A DNA stretch of 64,000 nucleotides from Micavibrio sp. (GTDB lineage: Bacteria; Patescibacteriota; Minisyncoccia; Moranbacterales; GCA-2747515), in NCBI GenBank assembly GCA_020718085.1, contig DYDB01000006.1, positions 8,510 to 72,509 on the forward strand, written 5' to 3'. Positions 9,765-20,432 of the stretch are shown here, in pieces. A model generated the notes under the pieces. It had not been told where the DNA came from. It saw nothing but the letters and a program-made list of their open reading frames with translations, and searched no databases. A program made the position numbers and the translations under genes. Positions within the stretch are counted from its first letter, which is position 1, and every line of letters starts with the position of its first letter.

Positions 9765-11825
9765 ATGAGAATAAAAAAGATGAAGTACACGACAAGACTG
9801 TTTATGGGAGTGATCGCAATCTGTGCCGCTTTGATTTTTGCGATTTCTACAAAATCAATCTATGACTCCACAGGTGGTTTATATAACCTCGGAGAAAAGG
9901 CAATTCAAGGATTTTTGCAATCGATGTACAATTCGTTGGTTCTGCAAGGTGATCTGACTAAAGAAAAACTATCTTCCGATAGTAGGGTGTTTTCTCGTGA
10001 GTTGGAATCGATGGGGAAAATCGGTCTTGCAGCAGATCAGGAAATATCTGTCACAATGACCGATCAAGATGACCCGCGTATATCAAAAACCGTGAAAATT
10101 CATCCTCTCAAAGTTGGTGAAAATATTCTCAACGGTGACGAGAAGCTTGTGGATAAAATACAAGAAATAATTGGCGGAAGAGCGACGGTCTTTCAGGTTG
10201 TAGACGGTGTGTTATTGCGTATTTCCACAAATGTCAAAAAGGCAGATGGAAAACGTGCTATTGACACGTACATTTCATCAAAAAGTCCTGTTACACAAGC
10301 TATCCTCAGTGGGCAACCTTTTGAAGGCAAACGGGCGACTGTCGTGGGGGAGCCGTATTTGGCGACATACATTCCGTTGCGTGATGAACAAAACGCTATA
10401 ATTGGTGCAATCTTTGTGGGACGTCCGATTCTTTCTGATAAAATACGAGCGTTCATCTCGAAAACGAAGCTTGGAAAAGGATATTTTTTCGTGTATGATA
10501 ATACGGAGAAGAAAACGGTAGTTCTCCATCCGTTGCTTGAGGGAAAAAGTCTCATTGAGGCTGTTAAAGATTTCAAGGGACATGAAGCCGGTCGTTTGGA
10601 ATACATCTTCAATGATGTATTGAAGGTGACCTACACTATCTACATTGAACAATGGGAGCTCAATCTCGGTTTTGGTTTGAATAAGATCGACATTGTTGAT
10701 GAACTGGATAAAAAAATGATGAAAAATAACATTGTCGTAGGATTGGTTGGGATATTGATTAGTTTATGTATGACATTGTTATTAGTGAGGTCAATCAACC
10801 GTCCTCTCAAAGAATTATCACAAAAAGTAGAACAAGTTGGGTCCGGTGATTTTACGGCTATGTTTGATACAAACATGCCTGATGATGAAATTGGCAAAGT
10901 TGCAAGATCAACATCGACTATGGTTGAAAAAATGAGGAAAATGATCGGAGAGATCACTTTATCTGCTCAGTCACTTTCTGCGTCGTCCACAGAACTTTCC
11001 GCAATTTCAAAACAGATGGAAAATGGTGCGGGGGTAACCGCAAAAATTTCCGAAGAAGTCTCAGAGGATTCCACGAAAGTTGCAGCGAATATGGATGCTG
11101 TGGCTGCTGCCATGGAACAATCAACGACCAGCCATCATCTTATTGCATCTGCAACGGAAGAGATGACTGCGACAACACGCGATATCGCACAGAATGGCGC
11201 AAGAGCAAGCGCAATCACACAAAAAGCTGTTGAAAGTGCAACGCGTTCGCAAAAAAGTGTTGATCAACTTGGTAAAGAAGCAAAGGAAATCGGAAATATC
11301 GTAGAAGAAATCAAAGATATTTCTGATCAAACCAACTTACTTGCACTTAACGCGACAATTGAAGCTGCGCGTGCTGGCGAAGCTGGTAAAGGGTTTGCAG
11401 TTGTTGCCAATGAGATCAAAGAATTGGCGCGACAAACCGCGTCTGCAACCGGACACATTAAAGCATCAATTGAATCGATTCAAAAAAAGACGGAAGAAAC
11501 AGTATGTGATATTGCATCTGTTACAGCAGTGATCGGCGACGTGAATGATATTGTTGCGTCAATTGCAACAGCGGTTGAAGAACAATCCGTAACAACCGGT
11601 GAAATCGGACAAAATTTAACGCAAGCATCGCAGGGCATTGGTGAGATCAATGAAAAAATTGCTGATAGCTCGCAGATGGTGCAGGATGTGTCGATAAAAA
11701 TTGAAAAAGTTTTGGGACACGCACAAGAGGTGAACGAAGGCAGTAGCCATGTGACGATTGCTTCAACAGAGTTATCACAAATGGCAGAGAAGTTAAATTC
11801 TCTTGTGGCACAATTCAAGATCTGA
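9765..11825 (+). CDS. Methyl-accepting chemotaxis protein with Cache-type extracellular domain and HAMP
   Basis: Signalling hairpin [37 protein letters not shown]; two TM helices; Cache_3/Cache_2-like ATVFQ...RISTNV..DGKRAI; GAGAGG RBS before ATG 9765. Confidence 0.93.
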   Translation: MRIKKMKYTTRLFMGVIAICAALIFAISTKSIYDSTGGLYNLGEKAIQGFLQSMYNSLVLQGDLTKEKLSSDSRVFSRELESMGKIGLAADQEISVTMTDQDDPRISKTVKIHPLKVGENILNGDEKLVDKIQEIIGGRATVFQVVDGVLLRISTNVKKADGKRAIDTYISSKSPVTQAILSGQPFEGKRATVVGEPYLATYIPLRDEQNAIIGAIFVGRPILSDKIRAFISKTKLGKGYFFVYDNTEKKTVVLHPLLEGKSLIEAVKDFKGHEAGRLEYIFNDVLKVTYTIYIEQWELNLGFGLNKIDIVDELDKKMMKNNIVVGLVGILISLCMTLLLVRSINRPLKELSQKVEQVGSGDFTAMFDTNMPDDEIGKVARSTSTMVEKMRKMIGEITLSAQSLSASSTELSAISKQMENGAGVTAKISEEVSEDSTKVAANMDAVAAAMEQSTTSHHLIASATEEMTATTRDIAQNGARASAITQKAVESATRSQKSVDQLGKEAKEIGNIVEEIKDISDQTNLLALNATIEAARAGEAGKGFAVVANEIKELARQTASATGHIKASIESIQKKTEETVCDIASVTAVIGDVNDIVASIATAVEEQSVTTGEIGQNLTQASQGIGEINEKIADSSQMVQDVSIKIEKVLGHAQEVNEGSSHVTIASTELSQMAEKLNSLVAQFKI

Positions 11826-11843
11826 CATGTAGAATGTCAGGAG

Positions 11844-11878
11844 GCGGAGGAAGAAACTATTTCTTTCCTCCGCTTTTT
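11844..11878 (+). terminator. Intrinsic terminator
   Basis: Stem gcggaggaagaaa/tttctttcctccgc followed by TTTTT. Confidence 0.7.
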
Positions 11879-11886
11879 AATTTACC

Positions 11887-11945
11887 TTGACAACCTTAGA
11901 TGGTGTGCTAATATATCTATACCTATGGTATAGGTATAGATATAT
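11887..11945 (+). promoter_or_regulatory. Promoter overlapped by a perfect 16-bp palindromic operator, probably for the CsoR/CstR-family repressor
   Basis: TTGACA at 11887 and extended -10 TGcTAATAT; ATATATCTATACCTAT-ggt-ATAGGTATAGATATAT (11911-11945) has the ATACC...GGTAT core typical of CsoR/CstR operators. Confidence 0.75.
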
Positions 11946-11964
11946 TTAGCATAATAAAATTTAT

Positions 11965-12252
11965 ATGAATGATAAGAAAATGAAGATCGCAATTGCACTC
12001 AAAAAAGCGCGCACGAGTATTGATAAAATTTTATATGCCATGGATTCTTCGCAGGATAAAAAATGTTTTGATATTATTCAACAAAATCTTGCAGTGATCG
12101 GACTTCTTAAATCTGCAAATATCTTGATGCTTGAAACGCATCTGGACGTATCTATAGAAAGTGTAAAGAACATGACGCCGTCGGAAAAGAAAAAGATGAA
12201 ACAAATTCGTGATGAGGTTGTGCGTATTGTGCAAACAGCACAAAATAAGTAA
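11965..12252 (+). CDS. CsoR/RcnR/CstR-family metal- or persulfide-sensing repressor
   Basis: 95-aa helical protein with KKAR.SI..I..M....C.DII.Q..AV.GLL......MLETHL. Confidence 0.75.
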   Translation: MNDKKMKIAIALKKARTSIDKILYAMDSSQDKKCFDIIQQNLAVIGLLKSANILMLETHLDVSIESVKNMTPSEKKKMKQIRDEVVRIVQTAQNK

Positions 12253-12255
12253 TTT

Positions 12256-13365
12256 ATGCATATGCAAAAAAAACATAAGATCATTCTCGCCATATCTATC
12301 GTACCCGTGATCATTGCAGGATCTATTTTAGTTTTCTTTACTAAAAGGAGCATGGCGGCGCAAGGAGCAGAAGAAAAAAGATATCCTGTTAAGACGATTG
12401 CTGTGCAACCTGGCGTATTTGTGCCATTTGGTGAATATGGAGGATTTGTCCAAGGAAAAGATCAATCGATTGTATCTTCAAAGATCAATGGTCGTTTAGT
12501 TGAAATGAAAAAATATGATGGGGATATCGTACACAAAGGGGATGTGATTGCTGTGATCAATGCTGATGAATTAGCACAACAAGTTGTAAATGCACAAAAA
12601 ATGATCTCGTCCTTGGAAGACACGCTTCAGGATACAAAAAAATATTATGAACAAAAAGTTGATGAAGCAAAAGATGATGACGCAAGTAAAGAGGTTGTTT
12701 CCAGTGCGAAAAAATTGCGTTCATTGCAGGTGCAAAGTGTGCAAAATAGCATTGTAGAGGCGCAAGGAAATCTGCAATTGGCACAAAGTTTCGCCAAAGA
12801 AACAATCGTGAGAGCGCCATTTGATGGGGTGATTGTACGCACATTTCAAGAAAGCAGCCAAATTGTTGGTCCAGCGACACCACTTTTTGAAATTGCTGAT
12901 ATGTCGGAATTACAGGTTGAATTGTTTGTTGCGAAAGATGCTATGTTGGAACTTCCTGTAAATGCACGCGTTGATATTTTGATTGGTGAATCAAAAAAAG
13001 TTTTGGTTGGCACAGTGACATCTGTTGGGAAGCGTGCACAGAGCAGTGCACAACAGGCACGTATAACAGTAAAAATTGAAGAAAAAACAAATGTGCAAAT
13101 TGGACAATATGTGACAGTGCAATTGCCACACAATGTGATCTACGATGATGCAATTGTCATTCCAGAAGATGCGATTTTACAAAAATATGATGAAACTTTT
13201 GTATTTGTCGTAGAAAATGATCGTGCGATTATGCGTAAAATAGATCTTGGTGTGATATATGACGGAAAAGCGGCTGTGACCTCCGGCATTTCTTCCGGAG
13301 AACATGTCATTGTAGAGGGCATGCACACAGTGAGAGATCGATATTATGTAAAAGTCTATGATTGA
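12256..13365 (+). CDS. RND efflux membrane-fusion (adaptor) protein
   Basis: N-terminal TM, lipoyl-like halves (GDIVHKGDVIA; VRAPFDGVI), coiled coil and C-terminal GISSGEHVIVEG. Confidence 0.9.
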   Translation: MHMQKKHKIILAISIVPVIIAGSILVFFTKRSMAAQGAEEKRYPVKTIAVQPGVFVPFGEYGGFVQGKDQSIVSSKINGRLVEMKKYDGDIVHKGDVIAVINADELAQQVVNAQKMISSLEDTLQDTKKYYEQKVDEAKDDDASKEVVSSAKKLRSLQVQSVQNSIVEAQGNLQLAQSFAKETIVRAPFDGVIVRTFQESSQIVGPATPLFEIADMSELQVELFVAKDAMLELPVNARVDILIGESKKVLVGTVTSVGKRAQSSAQQARITVKIEEKTNVQIGQYVTVQLPHNVIYDDAIVIPEDAILQKYDETFVFVVENDRAIMRKIDLGVIYDGKAAVTSGISSGEHVIVEGMHTVRDRYYVKVYD

Positions 13366-16300
13366 TATGAAAAAATTGCCAAAAACGGATCTTGGAATTG
13401 CAGGAAAATTGACATATTTTTTCCTTCATAATACAGTTTTTTCCGTTCTCTTGATCATCATTATTGTTGTGTGGGGTGTAATATCTTTTGTTGTGATGCC
13501 GAAGCAATACAATCCAGAGATCGTTGCACCGGCTTTTGTGATCACAACGGACTATCCATATGCAACGAGTCGTGAAATATATGAACAGATCACGCGACCA
13601 ATGGAAGATAAAATATCGGAGTTGCAAAATATTGATGGTATTATGTCACAAAGCATTCCTGGCGGACGCAGTATCGTAACAGTAAAATTCGAAATTGGTT
13701 CAGATCAAGAGGATGCAAAAGTATTGCTCAATCAAAAAATGCAGGATAATATGGCGCTCAAACCAATTGGCGCACAAGATCCTCTCATTCGTTCAATTGA
13801 CCCTGATGATGTTCCAATCATGGATGTCGGCATTTCTTCGCAGATATATAGCGAAAGCTCTTTGCGTAAAATGGCATTTGATATTGCCGATGAATTAAAA
13901 AAAGTGGAGGGTGTATCAAAATTTGACGTAATTGGTGGACGTACAAAACAACTCTCTGTGAAGCCTCGTAGTGCACAGCTTTCGGCATATGATATCTCAT
14001 TGCAAGAAATTATGTCAGTAATAGCGTCGGTAAATGGTGTGTATACTTCTGACATGATCTCAAGTGATGCACGAAATTTTATCGTGAACATATCACAATC
14101 TATTTCATCACCAGAAGAGGCTGGGCAACTTATTGTGCGTGAAGAAAATGGCGCGTTTGTGCGTTTGGGTGATATCGCAGACATTTCATACGATGAAGGA
14201 GAGATCACGCATTATGTAGATATCACAGACAAAAATGGTGATGAAAAACCTGTTGTGCACATAGCATTTGCAAAGATCAAGGGAACAAATGCCACAACTG
14301 TATCAAAGGGCATAGAAGAAAAGCTTGAGGTGTTGCATGGTTCACTGATCCCTTCAGATGTTTCTGTAACGATCTTGCGAGATGAAGGCGAAGTGGCGCA
14401 AAATGAGATTGGTAAATTAACGTATGATCTTATAAAGTCAATTATAATTGTTGCAGCATTGCTCATGATCTTTTTGGGCATGCGTAATTCTATGGTTGCT
14501 GCAGTATCTATTCCGCTTGTCCTGCTTGTGGTCTTTGGTATCGGATTGCTCTTTGGACACACGGTAAATCGCATCACGCTTTTCGCACTCATTTTATCTT
14601 TGGGACTTTTGGTAGATGATGCAATTGTTGTGATTGAAAACATTGCGCGGTATTTTCGGATGTATCCACAAGAAAATAAAAAGAAGGTGATCGTTTTTGC
14701 AGTAAATGAAGTTGGTTCGGCATTATCATTATCAACAGTGACAATGGCATTGGCATTTGTGCCTATGGCATTTGTAACAGGCATGATGGGTCCGTATATG
14801 GGTCCAATCCCATTTTTTGTACCAGTTGCTCTTTTAGCATCACTCGTTCTTTCCGTAACGATCAATCCGTTTCTTGCGCTGATTTTTACAAAACAAACAC
14901 AACGATCGCAAAATATTTTTTTGCGGTGGTTTGGCATTATAGAGGAAAAGTATGCACATGGCGTAGATTACCTGCTCGCAGAAAAGAAACGTTATCGCAT
15001 GACAATCATGGTCGTGATGATCATTTTTGTGTTTTCGGTTATTTTGCCATTTACACCGCTCGTGCCGTTTCGCATGCTTCCAAAAGCGGATCGTGATCAG
15101 TTTTATGTGTACCTTGATCTGCCAAGTGATACCACAAGTGAAAAAATGCGAACTGTTGCACGTACGGTCACAAAGTCACTTGCACAAGATCAATATGTCA
15201 CAAGTGTGGAAAGTTTTGTCGGTACGGCGCCAGTGGAGGATTTTAATGGATTATTTCGCGGAAGTGGGCAGCGTATATATGAAAATCAGGCAACAATAAA
15301 AATAAACCTCACTTCACATGAATTGCGTAATTATAAGTCAGAGGATATTGCACAGGAATTTCGCTTGCGGTCACGAGATGTCATTGCACAGCATCCAGAT
15401 CTTACAATACGCATTGTGGAGGATCCGCCGGGACCACCTGTTCTTGCAACATTTTTGATAAAAGTTACGGGGAAGGATGATGTTATGCGTGAGCAGATCG
15501 CAGAAGATGTTCTATTGCGCGTGCAGAATATTTCCGGCGTTGACGATATTGATATTTCATCGCCAAATCATGTGCTTCATCAGACATATAAGATCAATAC
15601 AGAAAAAGCACAGCAGCTCGGTGTATCGCCAAAAATGATCGCACAGACATTGCATACAGCGCTATCGGGTTCCATTGCTGGGATCTATCATCACGATGAT
15701 ATACGATCATCACGATACGCTGAACAAGAATATATCATTGTACAATTATCGCATGATGATCGTGATGCTGCAGATGTGCTTTCAACGCTATCCGTCACAA
15801 CATCGCATGGTGTGCAAATTGGTATTGGGGAATTTTTGGAAAAAACAAATACATCTTTTGATATGCCGATCATTACAGATGCACGAAATGTCGTAACATA
15901 TATTTCCGGGGAAATGGTAGGACGTAGTGTCGTGTATGCAGCAATCGAACTTTTGTCGCAATTACGTACATATAATATTCCGAACAGCGAAGGTCAATTA
16001 GTACACTGGTCACTTTTTGGTGCGGAATATGAAGATATGGCTAGCGGGCAAAAATATGAGGTCTTGATCGATGGAGAATGGAAGTTAACATTGGAAATCT
16101 TTCGTGATCTAGGTATTGCGATGGGCATTGCAATTTTTATGATCTATTTTGTACTTGCTGGAAAAATAAAATCGTTTTTTGTACCACTGTTGATCATGGT
16201 GAGCATTCCACTTGGTTTTATCGGTGTATTTTTTGGGTTTGCGATACTTTTTGCGATCAAGGGAACGTATTTTAATGCAACATCAATGATTGGGATCATT

Positions 16301-16609
16301 GCACTTGCTGGGCTATCTGTAAAAAATGCTGTGATCTTTTTGGAATATCTTGAGCCACTGCACTCTGTCGGATATGATTTGCGCAGAGCATTGGTGGAAA
16401 CAGGGCGTATTCGTCTGTTGCCGATCGTGCTCACATCTCTTACGGCGATACTTGGGTCACTAACGATCATTTCCGATCCTGTGTGGGAAGGTTTGGCATG
16501 GGCTCTCATTTTTGGCTTGACGGTGTCAACTGTCTTAACTTTGGTTATTTTTCCACTTATGTATTACGCCTTCATGAAGGATCGATGGAATGATAAAATA
16601 AAAAAATAA
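13358..16609 (+). CDS. RND efflux permease (AcrB/AcrD/AcrF family)
   Basis: 1083 aa with two large extracytoplasmic loops; motifs GLLVDDAIVVIENI, VKNAVI and RLLPIVLTS. Confidence 0.93.
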   Translation: MIDMKKLPKTDLGIAGKLTYFFLHNTVFSVLLIIIIVVWGVISFVVMPKQYNPEIVAPAFVITTDYPYATSREIYEQITRPMEDKISELQNIDGIMSQSIPGGRSIVTVKFEIGSDQEDAKVLLNQKMQDNMALKPIGAQDPLIRSIDPDDVPIMDVGISSQIYSESSLRKMAFDIADELKKVEGVSKFDVIGGRTKQLSVKPRSAQLSAYDISLQEIMSVIASVNGVYTSDMISSDARNFIVNISQSISSPEEAGQLIVREENGAFVRLGDIADISYDEGEITHYVDITDKNGDEKPVVHIAFAKIKGTNATTVSKGIEEKLEVLHGSLIPSDVSVTILRDEGEVAQNEIGKLTYDLIKSIIIVAALLMIFLGMRNSMVAAVSIPLVLLVVFGIGLLFGHTVNRITLFALILSLGLLVDDAIVVIENIARYFRMYPQENKKKVIVFAVNEVGSALSLSTVTMALAFVPMAFVTGMMGPYMGPIPFFVPVALLASLVLSVTINPFLALIFTKQTQRSQNIFLRWFGIIEEKYAHGVDYLLAEKKRYRMTIMVVMIIFVFSVILPFTPLVPFRMLPKADRDQFYVYLDLPSDTTSEKMRTVARTVTKSLAQDQYVTSVESFVGTAPVEDFNGLFRGSGQRIYENQATIKINLTSHELRNYKSEDIAQEFRLRSRDVIAQHPDLTIRIVEDPPGPPVLATFLIKVTGKDDVMREQIAEDVLLRVQNISGVDDIDISSPNHVLHQTYKINTEKAQQLGVSPKMIAQTLHTALSGSIAGIYHHDDIRSSRYAEQEYIIVQLSHDDRDAADVLSTLSVTTSHGVQIGIGEFLEKTNTSFDMPIITDARNVVTYISGEMVGRSVVYAAIELLSQLRTYNIPNSEGQLVHWSLFGAEYEDMASGQKYEVLIDGEWKLTLEIFRDLGIAMGIAIFMIYFVLAGKIKSFFVPLLIMVSIPLGFIGVFFGFAILFAIKGTYFNATSMIGIIALAGLSVKNAVIFLEYLEPLHSVGYDLRRALVETGRIRLLPIVLTSLTAILGSLTIISDPVWEGLAWALIFGLTVSTVLTLVIFPLMYYAFMKDRWNDKIKK

Positions 16610-16666
16610 TTTATGTGAATTGAGATAGTGACGTATTTGTGTTATAGTGGTGCATAGATTTTAATT

Positions 16667-17323
16667 GTGACTATATTTATGGGAATTATTGATTTTATCT
16701 TGCATGTTGATGTTCATCTGGGAGAGTTGATCGCGCAATACGGCAGTGTGACATATGGTATTCTATTTACAATTATTTTTGCGGAGACGGGATTGGTATT
16801 CACACCTTTTTTGCCGGGAGATTCACTTTTGTTCGCGGCGGGCATGTTCGCGGCAAATGGGGCGTTTGATCCAATCTTTTTAGCGGTAATTTTGATGATT
16901 GCAACGCTTTTGGGAGACAATGTGAACTATTGGATCGGGCATTATTTTGGCAAAAAGATCGTGAATAATACAATGATCCCGATCAAGCAAAAACACATCG
17001 ACAAAACAGAATTGTTCATGAAAAAATATGGGGGAAAAACAATTTTCCTCGCGCGTTTTATGCCGATCGTACGCACATTTGCACCGTTTGTTGCAGGAAC
17101 AGGGAGAATGGATTATCGCAAGTTTTTGATCTTTAGCATTGCAGGATGTGTAACGTGGGTATGGGGATTTATCTTCGCAGGATATTTTTTCGGTAATATT
17201 CCAATTGTGCGTGATAATTTTTCTCTGGTTGTTATGGGCATTATCGCGATCTCTGTCGCACCTGCATTTTGGGAATTTGCAAAAAAGATATTCCATAAAT
17301 ATCATGCAAAATATTCTGCGTGA
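16667..17323 (+). CDS. DedA family membrane protein (start may be ATG 16679)
   Basis: Motifs FAETGL...FLPGDSLLF and ARFMPIVRTFAPFVAG. Confidence 0.92.
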   Translation: MTIFMGIIDFILHVDVHLGELIAQYGSVTYGILFTIIFAETGLVFTPFLPGDSLLFAAGMFAANGAFDPIFLAVILMIATLLGDNVNYWIGHYFGKKIVNNTMIPIKQKHIDKTELFMKKYGGKTIFLARFMPIVRTFAPFVAGTGRMDYRKFLIFSIAGCVTWVWGFIFAGYFFGNIPIVRDNFSLVVMGIIAISVAPAFWEFAKKIFHKYHAKYSA

Positions 17324-17361
17324 TATAATAAAGGAGTGGTGTAATTACTAAAATAAATTTT

Positions 17362-17598
17362 ATGATAGAGCAAAAGCAAAAGCATTATCGCATGTGTGTG
17401 GGATATTGGCATATTCCGCGTGCGATCTATTTGATCGGTGGTTTCTTGATCTTTGCATCCGTTTTTCTTGCTCTGATGTTTGATGAAAAATGGCTATATC
17501 TCACCCTCTTTATAGGATTTATGTTCATGAGTTTTGCGTTTACGGGGTATTGTCCGATGGCAATTCTCTTGGATAAGATTGGATTGCGACGAGAGTGA
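17362..17598 (+). CDS. YgaP-like/DUF2892 small two-TM membrane protein
   Basis: Two TM helices ending in TGYCPMA, the G.CP signature of DUF2892. Confidence 0.75.
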   Translation: MIEQKQKHYRMCVGYWHIPRAIYLIGGFLIFASVFLALMFDEKWLYLTLFIGFMFMSFAFTGYCPMAILLDKIGLRRE

Positions 17599-17784
17599 AA
17601 AATATTTTTCAGAACAGCGGAGGAGTACGCTAAATTCTGACATGATCATGAGGATCGTCGAAAAATTCTTGGCATATCATACGTATGAGAAGAACCCTCA
17701 TCCAAAAGTTCTGTTGGGGGGAGGTCGTTTACGCGTTTATTGTTTGTATATTTTGTGATATTCTGTAAGAGAAAAGAAAAATAT

Positions 17785-19152
17785 ATGAAAAAAAAATCGA
17801 CAATTACATTTTATGGTGGTGCGGGGTTTGTGACGGGAGCAAATTTTTTATTTGACACGGGTGGACGAAAGATCCTCATCGATTGCGGTTTGGAGCAGGA
17901 GGGAGCGGGTTGTTATATGAAAGACAATGAGTTTCACTATGATCCGGCAACAGTTCATGCACTTATTGTGACACATGCACATGCGGATCACATAGGAAAG
18001 ATACCCAAGCTCGTGAAAGATGGATTTCAGGGCACAATTTATTCTACATCTGCAACTAAAGATCTTTCGGCTGTGATGCTGGATGATGCTTTGAAAATCC
18101 TCACTGAGGAGGCGGATGAATTTGGTTGTGCACCTCTTTACGATCGTGTGGATATTGCACACGCATTGTCAAAATGGCGCACAATTGAGTATCATCATCC
18201 TTTTACGGTTGGTGATGGTGTTATGATTGAGTTTCTTGATGCGGGTCATATTTTAGGTAGTGCAATGGTGCAATGTGAACGAGAAGGGCGCAGAATCATC
18301 TTTACGGGGGATCTGGGAAATTCTCCGGAGCTTATTTTGCCGGATACGGAGAAAATTCATGATGCGAATTACTTGCTCATGGAAAGCGTCTACGGCGATC
18401 GTAATCATGAAAGTCGTCGAGATCGCACAGAGCGTTTAGCTCAGGCAATTCGCGATAATTATAAGCGCGGTGGCACACTACTTATCCCGACATTTGCACT
18501 GCAACGTGCTCAAATCCTTCTTTATGAGATCAATAAGCTTGTGGAACATAAACGCGTCCCGGAAATGCCGGTATATTTTGATGCACCACTCGCACAACGT
18601 GTCACGGAAATATTCCGTCGTTATAAAAAGCTATATAACACAAGAGTGCAAACAGAGATTTCTCGTGGGGATGATATTTTTGATTTTCCACACTTTGTAA
18701 GTGTAAAGACCATCACAGAATCTTTGATGTTGGATAAAAAAAATGGCCCAAAAATTGTCATCGCAAGCTCTGGCATGTCCAATGGCGGACGCATTCGGTT
18801 GCATGAGAAAAAGCTTTTGGAAGACAAAAAAAATACGATACTTTTTGTGGGCTATCAGGCATTTGGCACCTTGGGGAGAGAGATCTCAGAACGTAAGAAA
18901 AAGAAGGTGTATATTGATGGGGTGTGGGTGCGCATGCGTGCAAAAATTGACATTATTCAAGGATATTCAGGGCATAAAGACAGTAATGGTCTCATTGATT
19001 TTGTAGGAAGTAGTGCGCAGACACTTGAAAAAATTTTTGTTGCGATGGGGGAACCGGCATCTGCACAGCATTTAGCACAAAAATTGCGTGATAAATATCA
19101 TATTGATACAAAAACGCCACATGAAGATGATGTAGAGGAAATCGATTTTTGA
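17785..19152 (+). CDS. MBL-fold metallo-hydrolase, beta-CASP RNA-processing family
   Basis: Motifs THAHADHIG, AGHILGSA, TGDLG, MESVYGDR, SSGM..GGRI and YSGH.D. Confidence 0.9.
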   Translation: MKKKSTITFYGGAGFVTGANFLFDTGGRKILIDCGLEQEGAGCYMKDNEFHYDPATVHALIVTHAHADHIGKIPKLVKDGFQGTIYSTSATKDLSAVMLDDALKILTEEADEFGCAPLYDRVDIAHALSKWRTIEYHHPFTVGDGVMIEFLDAGHILGSAMVQCEREGRRIIFTGDLGNSPELILPDTEKIHDANYLLMESVYGDRNHESRRDRTERLAQAIRDNYKRGGTLLIPTFALQRAQILLYEINKLVEHKRVPEMPVYFDAPLAQRVTEIFRRYKKLYNTRVQTEISRGDDIFDFPHFVSVKTITESLMLDKKNGPKIVIASSGMSNGGRIRLHEKKLLEDKKNTILFVGYQAFGTLGREISERKKKKVYIDGVWVRMRAKIDIIQGYSGHKDSNGLIDFVGSSAQTLEKIFVAMGEPASAQHLAQKLRDKYHIDTKTPHEDDVEEIDF

Positions 19153-19161
19153 TAAGAAAAC

Positions 19162-19199
19162 AACACAGCCTCTCAAGAAAATGAAAGGCTGTGTTTTTT
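19162..19199 (+). terminator. Intrinsic terminator
   Basis: Stem aacacagcct/aggctgtgtt followed by a T-run. Confidence 0.6.
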
Positions 19200-19536
19200 G
19201 ATGCTTTATGTGACATGTTGTACGATCTCTTTTGCACAGACAGTATTTTGTATGTGTATATGTTTGTGTATTTTAGTGCCTGTGTGTGCAATTCAGTTAG
19301 CAAACCCCGCATATTTTTAACATAAGTTGTATGAGAATATGCGAGTCTATCTTTTGTTTGTCGTAACAGAAATTCACAATGTGGAAATCTATTTTTTTTA
19401 TATTGTATTTTTAAAGCACATAAAGCATACATTGGTTGTACCAAACAATATTTTTTTTGTCAAAGTTTTGCTGTGGATAACATATCGGTGTAAAATGGAA
19501 ATAGGGAAAGTTTAGATCCAGAATAATATAAGACAC

Positions 19537-20067
19537 ATGGCACAAAAAATTATTGCGCAAGATTTTTATAAAATACTAAAAGAAAATTTCGAACACGAAA
19601 GAGTGTGTGTAGATGTCCGTACAGAAGCAGAACATGATAGTGAGTGTATTGCAAATTCAATGAACATTCCTGTCGATCAGTTGCGTAGTCATCTAGATAT
19701 TCTGAGATCTTTTGAAAGCGTGTATGTATATTGTGCAAGTGGTAATCGATCAGCGATGGCATGTGAAATTCTTGAGAATAATGGCTTTAAAAAAGTATAT
19801 GATCTGCAAGATGGTCTAAATGGGTGGAAACTTGAAAAATTGCCAACAATTTGTAAAGAAAAAAATCGTTTACCGTTGATGCAGCAAGTACTAATTGTTG
19901 TGGGTGCGATCGTTTTTGGAAGTATTATTTTAGGGTATACGGTGTATGAGCTATTTTTTATCTTGCCGCTTCTTTTGAGCATTGGACTTTTGTATGCCGG
20001 TTTTAGTGGCAATTGTCTTTTGACAAAAGTTCTCATCAGAATGCCATGGAATCAACATAAAAAATAA
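19537..20067 (+). CDS. Rhodanese domain fused to a DUF2892 membrane domain (YgaP-like sulfurtransferase)
   Basis: DVRT..E, active-site loop YCASGNRS and G..GW; C-terminal two TM helices with SGNC. Confidence 0.88.
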   Translation: MAQKIIAQDFYKILKENFEHERVCVDVRTEAEHDSECIANSMNIPVDQLRSHLDILRSFESVYVYCASGNRSAMACEILENNGFKKVYDLQDGLNGWKLEKLPTICKEKNRLPLMQQVLIVVGAIVFGSIILGYTVYELFFILPLLLSIGLLYAGFSGNCLLTKVLIRMPWNQHKK

Positions 20068-20085
20068 TTTTTTAACATAATTATT

Positions 20086-20403
20086 ATGGTCATTTCTTCA
20101 GTGTCTCCTGTGGAAGCAAAAGAAATTATGGACGCCAGTGGTACTGATGCGATCCTTTTGGATGTGCGTACAGAAGGAGAATATCAACGCGTGCACATTC
20201 CTGGATCGATCCTGATTCCTGTTGATGAGCTACAAAAACGTTATAGCGAACTGGATCGTAAAAAAAGGATCGTCGTGTACTGTGCAAGTGGCAATCGATC
20301 ACAAACAGCTTGTCGCATTCTTGAACAGGAAGGATTCAGTGAGTGCATAAATATGGCTGGAGGAATAGGTGCATGGATCACGCATGGACTGGTCGTGGAA
20401 TGA
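20086..20403 (+). CDS. Single-domain rhodanese (PspE/GlpE-like)
   Basis: LDVRT..EY...HIPGS, YCASGNRS and GGIGAW. Confidence 0.92.
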   Translation: MVISSVSPVEAKEIMDASGTDAILLDVRTEGEYQRVHIPGSILIPVDELQKRYSELDRKKRIVVYCASGNRSQTACRILEQEGFSECINMAGGIGAWITHGLVVE

Positions 20404-20432
20404 TCTATAAGTAAAATATACTAAAAAAATAA

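Noticed and set aside
17600-17780. Possible structured RNA or small ORF between the DUF2892 and MBL genes
   Set aside because: Only a weak hairpin with no family motif; the overlapping ORF has no supporting features.
17785-19152. Persulfide dioxygenase (CstB/ETHE1) call for the MBL protein given the nearby rhodaneses
   Set aside because: Length and motifs (ESVYG, SSGM..GG, YSGH) indicate the beta-CASP nuclease family.
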